Positions 1 to 9,512 of a stretch of 18,742 nt of DNA are shown one piece after another; the first letter of the stretch is position 1; every line of letters begins with the position of its first letter. This stretch comes from Ginkgo biloba. Its lineage: Eukaryota; Plantae; Ginkgophyta. A program made the translations under genes and the position numbers. Where the stretch lies: NCBI GenBank assembly GCA_024626585.2, contig JANKJI020000004.1, forward strand, positions 98,332,249-98,350,990, given 5' to 3'. The notes below the pieces were generated by a model. That model made no database searches. It saw nothing but the letters and a program-made list of their open reading frames with translations, and had not been told where the DNA came from.

Positions 1-164
1 TGTGGCAATTGTTAGAATACCTTTTTATCGTCCCCTCACCAATTTCCCATTTATTCTACCAAAACTAATAGTTCACGTAGTTACTATTTGAGACTAATTA
101 CATAGTAATGCAGTTATTCCTACCAACGTCTATCCTTGCAGAAGCAATGGCATTCTGTAATGAT

Positions 165-980
165 TTGTGGAATGGAGATGTGAAGAAAATTGACTTTACA
201 ATGTGGGGTAGGCATTATGAATTTTTAGTGATGCCTTTTTTTTTTTTTTTTCCCTCATCTGCTATTGTGAGGACAATGAATAACATTTTTAGGTAATGCT
301 TGGACAAGTTTATGTGATATTTTTTAGTGATAATATCATGATTTACAACACGGTATAGAGGAACATATAGAACATGCGAGACAATTGTCAACAACATTGA
401 GGAAATGGATTTTTTGTGCCAAACTATCCAAATGACTTACAGCACATTGTTTTGGGAAGAAGAATATTCGTTGATATCATGACTTAGAGCAAGAGTAAGG
501 AAGAACATATAGAAAATTTGATAGGGTTGTCAGAAATATTGAGAAAATGGAAATTCTATTGCAAAGTATCCAAATATGGTTTTATAAAAGGAGAAATTGA
601 ATATATGGAGCAAATTGTTGGGGAAAAAGGATATTCGTTGATACCAAGAAGATCATAGCGTTGAGCAAAATGATCCAGACTAGAAAATGTACATAAGGTA
701 AGAAGCTTTTTGGGGCTAGAGGATGTTTGTCTTGNNNNNNNNNNACCATCAATGGAACTATTTATGAAATCAATCAAATTTCAATGGACAAGTGAGCACC
801 TGGAAACTCATGACATAATGAAGATCAAATTGACTTAAGAACTAAGTATTGGCCCTTCATGATCCCTCAAAACATTTCTATTATTTATTGATGTTGGTGA
901 AGTGGCTATGGGAGTAGTATTATTGCAAAGGATTGATGAGTTATTGCTTATGAAGCAAGAAGATGAATGAAGCCAATAAT
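165..980 (+). mobile_element. Decayed Ty3/gypsy pol: reverse transcriptase C-half, connection and start of RNase H
   Basis: Translation across stops and frameshifts gives GRHYEFLVMPF...RTMNNIFR*CLDKF, EEHIE, LRKW.F..K.SK, VD.KKI.A..., VRSFLGL, FQWT, LAL.DPSK.F, MGVVLLQ, IAYEAR. This is the canonical gypsy RT-RH motif order. Confidence 0.9.
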
Positions 981-1078
981 NNNNNNNNNNNNNNNNNNNN
1001 NNNNNNNNNNNNNNNNNNNNNNNNNNNNNNNNNNNNNNNNNNNNNNNNNNNNNNNNNNNNNNNCTAAGGGAAGTTAGG

Positions 1079-1256
1079 AGTGCATGTGCAAACAACCAAT
1101 CATTCAATGCATCTCATGGACAACTAACTATTGAGTGCTTGCACAAACAACTAGGCATTTTGTGAATGCATGAACAATCAAGTAGTTGGTCTAGGCACGA
1201 TGAACCAACCATTTAGTGCATGCATGGACAACTTAGTGCATGCACAAACATTGCAT
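1079..1256. repeat. Degenerate ~27-28 bp tandem repeat (about 6 units, core AGTGCATGCA..ACAAC)
   Basis: Recurring gtgcatg/aatgcat...acaac units near 1079, 1106, 1133, 1162, 1215 and 1235. Confidence 0.6.
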
Positions 1257-2299
1257 AGAGATTGGATGGACTATTGCCAAAAAGAGGATGATGATCATAT
1301 TTGAAATGGGGTGTTCCCTTTATTGCTACGAAACTTGTACAATATCATGGAAAGTAGTCTTAGGCACCATACCTGTCTATCCATCCCTAAATAATCTCCC
1401 ACTTATTCTAATACACCTAGTTGTTCACGTAGATATCATTGTATGAGACTAAGTGCATAATTATGAAATTGTTCCTACTAATATATAACAAAGCAACACT
1501 AGTATACTTCTCCAAAGATGCTCTCTGTAAATAGTTGATAAATTAGTTGAAAAAAAGCTCTATTCAAGTGGTGTTACTACATTTTCCTCTCCTGAAATGG
1601 TGCCTGATCATCTAGATCAATCTTCACTTGAGCACCATTCTGGACGTGTGTTATTGAAGACATAAGCATAAATATTGCATGCATCATGTTACTCCCACAA
1701 TGTACATGCAACCCACTAAATATCGGTCCAATTCCTTGTTGCAAAATTCTCTATATTTATCATGTTTGAATTTAGCAAGTCCTTTTTTAGCATTTCTAAA
1801 TGCAAAGATCTATTTTGAGAATTTCTAAATTTAGCAATTTGTTTTTAGCCACTCAAATCATTGGTTTGTTTATTTCTAACAAGGTTGGAATCAACATTTC
1901 TATTTTTACTATATTTATTTAGCAAGTGGAGAGGCTAGGAATGTTCCCAACTCTTAGATATTTTGATTTTCACATCCTTTACATGTCTATACCATATGTT
2001 GTCTTGTGTATCATGAAACAAATCTTATATGCGCTATCTCTTGCTTGTCTTGCACAAGTCAAACTTTATCTCGGACATGCTTTACTTGTGCAACCTTAAA
2101 TTATAATATAATCTTCGAGGCTTGCTTTACCTATGCCTTAAGCTCTCTACAGGCCTAGAAAATTTTCTATTCGATGCCCTTTTATTTTCAGAGGGCCTTC
2201 AGATGATCTCCCAATTTCTCTTAGCCAATCTCATGTTCTAGAAAGTCCTTTGGAATTCAAGGTGTCATTGATTATACATTTCTCAAATTGATCGGAGAC

Positions 2300-2964
2300 A
2301 TGGCCAATAGAAGCAGAGTAATAGGAGTTATCACAGAGAAACTCACCGGTGCTGGAAACTATACATAATGGAAATACCAAATGGAGAAATTTTTGTTATT
2401 GAACAACATGTGACAGTACATAGATATATCCATGAAGTTCAATGAAGACGATGATAAACAAGTAGATGTAGTTGGTATGAAGTGCATATTAGCTCTAGGA
2501 TTTATTAAACTTCCAGTTGGTGGAACTTGATACTGAATGCCAAGAATACCAAAACATTTTAGGAGGTATGGATGATAATCACCTCCTTGTTTAAGCATAA
2601 GAATGATTCCATAGCATTGACACTGAGAAGACAACTATACAGTATCAAACTTCATGGATCAATGATGGAACATCTACAGTAAGTCAAGGGTATCCAAGAC
2701 CAGTTGAGCACAATTGAGCACAAGGCCGAAGATGCTGAATTGATCACTTTTGTTTTGAGGAGTCTGTCGACATGTTATGAGAGCTTCATCATGAGTTTGA
2801 CCATTGCTGAAAGATTGACGACTCTAAAGTTTAGTGAGTTGGAAGGACTATTGCTTCAACAGGAGCAGATGTTGCAAGATCACAGTGAGGAGACATTTGG
2901 TGCGTTCACAGCCAGAATGAAGGGGAAGCAACCCTTGGTCCCCAAGAAGAGGTATGTTCCACCT
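2300..2964 (+). mobile_element. Decayed Ty1/copia gag (N-terminal KL.G.NY..WK motif and UBN2/Retrotran_gag_2-like region)
   Basis: ATG at 2300 gives MANRSRVIGVITEKLTGAGNYT*WKYQMEKFLLLNNM*QYID. ORF 2704 gives EDAELITFVLRSLSTCYESFIMSL...LKFSELEGLLLQQEQ. Both are typical copia gag patterns. The element is truncated by an N gap. Confidence 0.85.
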
Positions 2965-3064
2965 NNNNNNNNNNNNNNNNNNNNNNNNNNNNNNNNNNNN
3001 NNNNNNNNNNNNNNNNNNNNNNNNNNNNNNNNNNNNNNNNNNNNNNNNNNNNNNNNNNNNNNNN

Positions 3065-4340
3065 TCTTTCGAACGTATTCCTCCTTCAACATATCCCAAG
3101 TGGTGATATAGGGAAGAGTTCTACAACCCTGCTTAATCCCTTGGCACCGAATTCGGTGCTTTCAAGCTCCAAAAGTAACTAGATTGGTAGCTTGTCACCC
3201 TGACAGTATTGTGCATTGAATCCTCATGGCACTCTTATTGTTGTGCATACTCTCGTGTATAGCCCATCCTGCCATTCATTCAACATCTTGGTGTATTTCT
3301 CCTTTACTTACTAAGGTTGGTGTCGGTCAAATTTCCAAAAGTACCTAGCCACTGAAGTTTTGGCCATGGTACTTGGTGGTGGGTACTTCGACATTACTAG
3401 TGAGATTAACAAGTTGGACATTTGGAATGGAATACCTTTCTGTAGGGAGTTATTAATGGCTTTATGCAGTTGCTCTTCGACGAACTTAGCCCATGGGTAT
3501 AGAATACCCTGGTCAGCAACAATCTTGATCATCCTAAACCAACTCTTAGGAATGTCAATTATTCTGTTTGAGTTGCAAAACCAGGTACTAAAGAGTTTTG
3601 CTACCCACTTCCTTGCTGTGTTGGTGATCCTATTGATGACTATTCCTCTAGCGCTAATTATGAGTTTGTCATTGTCGCCCAACTCCATTGTGATTTCATC
3701 ATCCTAGGCCTTCTTTGATGTTCCCATGGCGCTCTTGATGCCCCTTTGTGGTTCTGCAAGCAACCCTGTTAATAAGTCTATTTGGTCCATGTCGACAAGA
3801 ATGGCGTCGTCCATCCAAACTCTCACTGTGGTACCTTTCCAGCAGAAACCTCGTGAACTTGAACTCCAAAACAAGAGTTTTCAGTAATTTGTAGGATTCT
3901 CGCTTTCTCGAGGTTCTGTGCTTCCTTAGTGACTTGTATTAGGCCATCAACAAGTCCAACTTTATCGTTATGCCAATGCTCATATGCCCATGTTCGAAAT
4001 TGGTTCGACGTTGCCTTGTCCCATTCCTGCGATTCGAACTTGGTTCTCAAAAGGGTTTCTTGGCAACTGTCGCCCACTTCGAAGTATTCGTCATGTTTTA
4101 TCGTTGGATACATCTTCGTGTGCTTCCTCCACATTTTTCTAGTATGCTTTGCTTCTCCCTTCAGTTCTTGAGGTGGGGTTTGTTGTGCACTTTCTCCTTC
4201 ACACTCTTGAGTTTCTTCTGGTACCTTTCTTATCGCTCGTTCATCTTGATGCAAGATGGATTCCTGAAACAATAAGTTCGCTTTCCAAATAGCTTCTTCG
4301 AATATTCTATCAGTTTCATCATCGATATATAGAGATTCTA
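3065..4340 (-). pseudogene. Uncharacterised retroelement accessory ORF (~425 codons, a few frameshifts and stops), directly following RNase H
   Basis: ORFs 3823-4551 and 3311-3688 plus intervening and downstream frames join into one protein-like sequence: ...RFLLERYHS/RVWMDDAILVDMDQIDLLTGL...SARGIVINRITN...GILYPWAKFVEEQL...PFQMSNLLISLV...VKEKYTKMLNEWQDGLY...LPYITTWDMLKEEY. The internal stops are TAG/TAA/TGA, each one C>T step from a Gln/Arg codon. Confidence 0.7.
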
Positions 4341-5191
4341 GTATAGATTGTACCCTGAATAATTTCGCATGTGGTAACTCATCTTCTCCTTCGATTAGGT
4401 CTTCTCCGGTGTTGATCCTTGATAAATGATCTTGTCCAACATTTCGTTGATCAGGCTTGACAACGACTTCAATCTCAAATTCTTGAAATGACAGGACCCA
4501 TTTGAGAATCTTACCTTGGTGAATAGGTTTATTTACTAAATACTTTAACACTTAGTAATTAGTGAAGAAATTAAATTTCTTGGGGAATAATAAATACCTA
4601 AATTTATTTAATGAAAAAAATATATCTAGAGCTTCTCATTCTATTATAATGTAGTTTTTATCTGGCACTGGCATTTTACTACTAGCATAATAAATAGGAT
4701 GGTCAACCTTGTCTTCACTCAATTGTGCAAAAATGACATTGATATCCATGTAGGATGCATAGATATGCATGTCAAAGATAACATCCCAATTTTAATGTCT
4801 TAACATTGGTGCATTCACCAATTCATCTTTAAATGTGTCCATTGCTAGTCAACAGTTTGGTGTCCACTTGAATTTCTTATCATTTTCTAGTAATGTCTTT
4901 ATTGGTCACACAATGTTAGAGTATTTCCTAATGAATTTTCCATAGTACCTAGTGTGTCCTAGGAATGCTTTGACTCCTTTATGATCCTTTGGTGGGTTCA
5001 GATCCATAATTATTTTAACCTTCACCATATCCAACATGATTCTATATTTATATGTGATATTTCCTAATAGTACTCCAAATGGAGTAAAGAATATACTATT
5101 TTTTAATGTTTAGGGATATCTTGTCCTGCCAACATCATTCTAATATCATTCTAAGTTGTTTGATATGATACTTCAAAAGGCCATAGATTGT
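4340..5191 (-). mobile_element. Decayed Ty3/gypsy pol: RT C-terminus, connection and RNase H (non-chromovirus type common in gymnosperms)
   Basis: Minus strand gives TIYGLLKYHIKQLRMILE*C...ISLNIKK, FTPFGVLLG, KAFLGHTRYYGKFI, KFKWTP, HPIYYASSK, LKYLVNKP...ILKWVLSFQEFEIEVVVKP...DHLSRI..GE...ELPHAKLF. Confidence 0.92.
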
Positions 5192-5291
5192 NNNNNNNNN
5201 NNNNNNNNNNNNNNNNNNNNNNNNNNNNNNNNNNNNNNNNNNNNNNNNNNNNNNNNNNNNNNNNNNNNNNNNNNNNNNNNNNNNNNNNNNN

Positions 5292-5575
5292 AGTTTACTT
5301 CAAGACAATCAAAAGATGATTCAAATTTATGAGAAAACCTTGTTGAAGCTTAACAAAGAATGAAAAATGAGGCAATAGCAAAGGATTGAACGGGACTTCA
5401 ACAAAGGAGATTGGATTTTTGTTAGGCTTCAACCTTACAAACAATCCTCATTGAAAAAGGGCGAAAAAAATAGATTGTCTCCAAAATTTTATGGCCCTTA
5501 TTTGATCTCCAAGAAAAATTAATGAGGTTGCCTATGAACCACCCCCTTCCTCCAAGTTTGCTTTTGGATCTTTTC
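5292..5575 (+). mobile_element. Decayed Ty3/gypsy (chromovirus-like) integrase C-terminal GPY/F region
   Basis: ENLVEA*QRMK...ERDFNKGDWIFVRLQPYKQSSLKKGEKNRLSPKFYGPYLI...INEVAYE..LPP. Confidence 0.9.
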
Positions 5576-6165
5576 CAAGGGCACATCTCCGTCTTGATCT
5601 CTAAAACTGGCCACTTCATCTTTAAAAGGTAAGTTGGAGAATAAAGCCGATTTTGTAAACTCTGCATCCCCAAAGCATGGGAAGCATGTTTTTTTTCAGT
5701 CTGGGATTCCAAACACTTGAAAGCAGAAAGGCATGGGGATTGGGAGGATCTATGACAAAGCAATTCACTTGGAAGGGAGTTCTTGGATTTTGTCTTGACT
5801 GTATTTCATTGGGGTTTGACATTGAACCTTGTCCGTCTCAAAGGACTCAACTTCCAATCAAATTCAACTCTGTCTAGTGCTATGCCTCTCTTAGGCCACC
5901 AATTAGTTCCTGCATGTCCATCATCTGATTTCACTCAGCCATTCCCTTCGTGGTCAATGTCTGCTATCTGAGCCTAGTTCAGCCCTCAAGGAGGAAGAAT
6001 TCGATCAGGGATTTGTTCCAGCACAGCATAACACTCTACCGTAGGTTCTAAGGAAACTCTGAAACTAAATTAGCGTATTGTGCTATCCTGTCTGGCAGAT
6101 AACCTTAGTACAGATATTTGCATTAGTTGCTGTTACATGTTCATAAAAATTGCTCGGTGCCGAAT

Positions 6166-6180
6166 ATACACACACACACA
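6166..6180. repeat. Short (AC)n microsatellite
   Basis: tacacacacacacaca, seen directly. Confidence 0.8.
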
Positions 6181-7355
6181 GACCTGAAGCCATTAGTGGT
6201 CTTTTAATTGGTAACTCTTCTCCAGCAATCCAGATCTACCACATGCTTCATCAGCTCGGGTCGAGCAGGGGTTCCAGCTCTGTGGTGGAGGCATTTTATT
6301 TACCTAGTATTCTGTAGTATAGAATACAGACCTGGGTTCACTGCTACTATTTTATTAATTGTTAGACATTGTTTCCAGTTGTCCAGCACTATTACTCTAA
6401 GTATCTTGTATTCTTATCACTCTTTTAGATTTATTTAATCTGTGTTTTTGTATCTTTCCTGTGAATANNNNNNNNNNNNNNNNNNNNNNNNNNNNNNNNN
6501 NNNNNNNNNNNNNNNNNNNNNNNNNNNNNNNNNNNNNNNNNNNNNNNNNNNNNNNNNNNNNNNNNNNNNNNNNNNNNNNNNNNNNNNNNNNNNNNNNNNN
6601 NNNNNNNNNNNNNNNNNNNNNNNNNNNNNNNNNNNNNNNNNNNNNNNNNNNNNNNNNNNNNNNNNNNNNNNNNNNNNNNTAGGCTCCTAATAAGGAATAA
6701 TGTCAATCTTTGGGGAGGTTTCTCTAGGTCCTTGTCCTTTCCTCCAGTAATAATTCCACACCATTATTGTTGGCGTCCACAATAGCGTTGTTTTGATCAG
6801 GAGGAACCATCTCATAAAGAGATGATCAAAACTCATAAAAAAGTGCCATGATGTTTTGTTCAATCAGGACAGACTTAAAGCTTAAATGATTCATATTTTA
6901 CAAAGGAAAAAGATTTTGGAAAGTAGATATACTGACAGTGGCCAAAAGGTGTCCAGTAAAAAATTACAGGCTACCAATCTTTCAAAATTATGCCTCAGAA
7001 ACAGCAAATTATAGGTGTAACATGAATATGTTTCACATGCCAAAATGGCCTGCATAAGAACTATAATTATATGATATGAATAATGATACATCCACAAGAA
7101 GTGTCCCATATTGACAAAGTGGCATGCCGTTAAACTGCTCGCAAATTTCACTTTCGTATGGTAAGTCCCAGTAGAATTTAGAATGTTACATTGAGCTGGA
7201 AAAATATTAGCAAATGAGCTGTTAGTATACAGTTTCTCAATTAGAGTATTCAAATTTTAGCATGGCTTGACAAGAGTCCATTCAAATTAGTTACTTCACA
7301 ATATGACAACTTGACAGTTGACACCAATGGGATAACTTCAGCACTTCACTTGTCT

Positions 7356-7442
7356 TTAGCTACCCCTGACCTCTTCAACTTTGGGCTCAAGGGTCACTGG
7401 AACTTTCTCCTTTTGGTCTCCACGTAAAACCTCAACTGTTAC
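7356..7442 (-). CDS. DEG1: DEG1 terminal coding exon (VTVEVLRGDQKEKVPVTLEPKVEEVRGS*)
   Basis: Acceptor atcag. Translation matches the DEG1 C-terminus (VTVEVLRGD.KEK..VTLEPK). TAA at 7356-7358. Confidence 0.95.
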   Translation of the reverse strand, partial: VTVEVLRGDQKEKVPVTLEPKVEEVRGS

Positions 7443-8250
7443 CTGATTTATGCAAAGCAGATGATAAGAAGAGATGTCAGCTTGTTGTCAGGAAGAAGAC
7501 GCAAATGAAATCCACCAATTGCACACCAAGTGAAGGAACATTACTAGTGGCATATAAGACGTTTAACGATTGTGTCTAGAGATTTCAGAATATAGTCGAT
7601 CTGAATCTATATCAGTTACAAAACCATGCCAAAAGCAGTAAATAAAGAAACAGTATAACCCAGTGTTCATTTTCTGTAAACCAAGCACAAAAATGTTTGT
7701 CATGGGTATCTTCTACAAGAGAAACATCAAGCTCCACAAAATAAGATCTACTCATAACATTCAGCTCCTAGCATGATAATAATTGAGATATAAATTTAGC
7801 AAATGTTCGTTAATTTGATCCACTCAGCTACTCATTCTCTCTATTGGATACGTTTATGAGACAATATAGTCACAAGTCATGTCTGGTGCATGGGATGCAT
7901 AAATCCATTGCAGAAAATGTATCTGTTTCAGTTACACATCTGTTTCATTTAAAAAAAAAAAACCATCACACCCTAAAGTAACATGCTGAAAAGNNNNNNN
8001 NNNNNNNNNNNNNNNNNNNNNNNNNNNNNTGATTACATGCTTTTTCAGGCCCACACTGGTATTACCCTTCTTAGCACAGTGTGAACAACTGACAAAAACC
8101 AAAGGAAAGCCTTTCAAGACCTCCAATGAAATCAAAGCAAAACAGCAAGGTTGAACACAATGTTGAGTGAACTATAAGCATATGGAATTATATTAGATGA
8201 TGGAAGAAAGTGATGTCGAGGCATAAAAAGGTTGACAATAATTAACTTAC

Positions 8251-8385
8251 CACATNNNNNNNNNNNNNNNNNNNNNNNNNNNNNNNNNNNNNNNNNNNNN
8301 NNNNNNNNNNNNNNNNNNNNNNNNNNNNNNNNNNNNNNNNNNNNNNNNNNNNNNNNNNNNNNNNNNNNNNNNNNNNNNNNNNNNN
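8251..8385 (-). CDS. DEG1: Inferred DEG1 PDZ exon (expected GLQ.TKRD.YGRL.LGDIITSVNG...DQCKVGD[V]), mostly inside the N gap; the 8385 boundary is an estimate
   Basis: About 45 aa are missing between GPAGKA and VTVEVLRGD relative to plant DEG1. At the gap edge the minus strand reads ...AT GTG|gtaagt, consistent with (G)AT GTG = Asp-Val plus a consensus donor. The 277-nt gap can hold a ~135-nt exon. Confidence 0.7.
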
Positions 8386-8636
8386 NNNNNNNNNNNNNNN
8401 NNNNNNNNNNNNNNNNNNNNNNNNNNNNNNNNNNNNNNNNNNNNNNNNNNNNNNNNNNNNNNNNNNNNNNNNNNNNNNNNNNNNNNNNNNNNNNNNNNNN
8501 NNNNNNNNNNNNNNNNNNNNNNNNNNNNNNNNCTTTGCTTTTTTTTTTTTTGGTTGAGACGGAGATGCCCATAATCACACGTATGCTTTTGCTTATTATG
8601 TGCTTTGAAATTGTTTTTATTACATTAAAATTCCCT

Positions 8637-8654
8637 CCTCTCTCTCTCTCTCTC
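8637..8654. repeat. (CT)n microsatellite in a DEG1 intron
   Basis: cctctctctctctctcta, seen directly. Confidence 0.8.
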
Positions 8655-8809
8655 TATAGCTTTTTCAATGGACTATTCATTCAAAGCAAGTTTTAGTTTC
8701 AAACTTTCATGTGTGCATGAGGGGATGAAAGAAAATTGAGTTCCCATGACGGCTGCCAAACTTCCCTGAACTGAGTAAGAGATACTAAAAGTTACAAAGT
8801 TAGGCTTAC

Positions 8810-8962
8810 AGCTTTGCCAGCTGGACCATCTGCAGGAGCATCAAGCACAAGCACTCCACTAACACCCAATTGTTCCACAGATTGATCTGGTGCAAATTTG
8901 ATGCCCAATATGGGTCTAGTGATTTTCCCAAACTTTACTAACTGATCAACTATGCCACTTAC
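8810..8962 (-). CDS. DEG1: DEG1 exon, protease C-terminus/linker and start of PDZ (VSGIVDQLVKFGKITRPILGIKFAPDQSVEQLGVSGVLVLDAPADGPAGKA), 153 nt
   Basis: Near-identical to recalled plant DEG1 sequence (TRPILGIKFAPDQSVEQLGVSGVLVLDAP). Acceptor ttgcag and donor gtaagc. Phase 0/0. Confidence 0.97.
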
Positions 8963-9059
8963 CTGCAAGAACAAGGCCATGTAACAAAATCATAACAAAT
9001 AAGACTCTATGGCCATTCTACATTATATTTTGCCAACACTCTGCAAAAGCACAGCTCTA

Positions 9060-9386
<327 letters not shown>

Positions 9387-9474
9387 TCATCAATCTTTAC
9401 CGGCCCTTTATTTCTGCTAAACTTTCCCATTATTAACTATGTACAAAGATAAGATGCAACAATCTAGACGATAC

Positions 9475-9512
9475 CTGATGACGCCAGTTGTCAATGTATG
9501 ATCGAGACCAAA
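9475..9512 (-). CDS. DEG1: DEG1/DegP1 protease exon (FGLDHTLTTGVI-S), 38 nt
   Basis: Minus strand reads cag|TTT GGT CTC GAT CAT ACA TTG ACA ACT GGC GTC ATC AG|gtat. This matches the plant DEG1 segment after AIGNP. The phase-2 end joins the next exon (AG+T = Ser). Confidence 0.95.

Noticed and set aside
10-20. TGTTAGAATA matching the LTR starts at 16970 and 17035
   Set aside because: The match is only ~10 bp and does not extend.
1870-1900. Possible LTR end plus tRNA-Met PBS (ctaacaaggttggaatcaac) upstream of the copia gag
   Set aside because: Too diverged from TGGTATCAGAGC, and no partner LTR is visible to confirm it.
3144-3159. Perfect 16-bp palindrome GCACCGAATTCGGTGC
   Set aside because: One 8-bp-arm palindrome in ~18 kb is not far from chance. 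It lies inside a coding-like TE region with no other support.
3360-4275. Plus-strand ORFs 3360-3707, 3929-4171 and 3970-4275
   Set aside because: Antisense shadows of the minus-strand accessory ORF, with no recognisable motifs.
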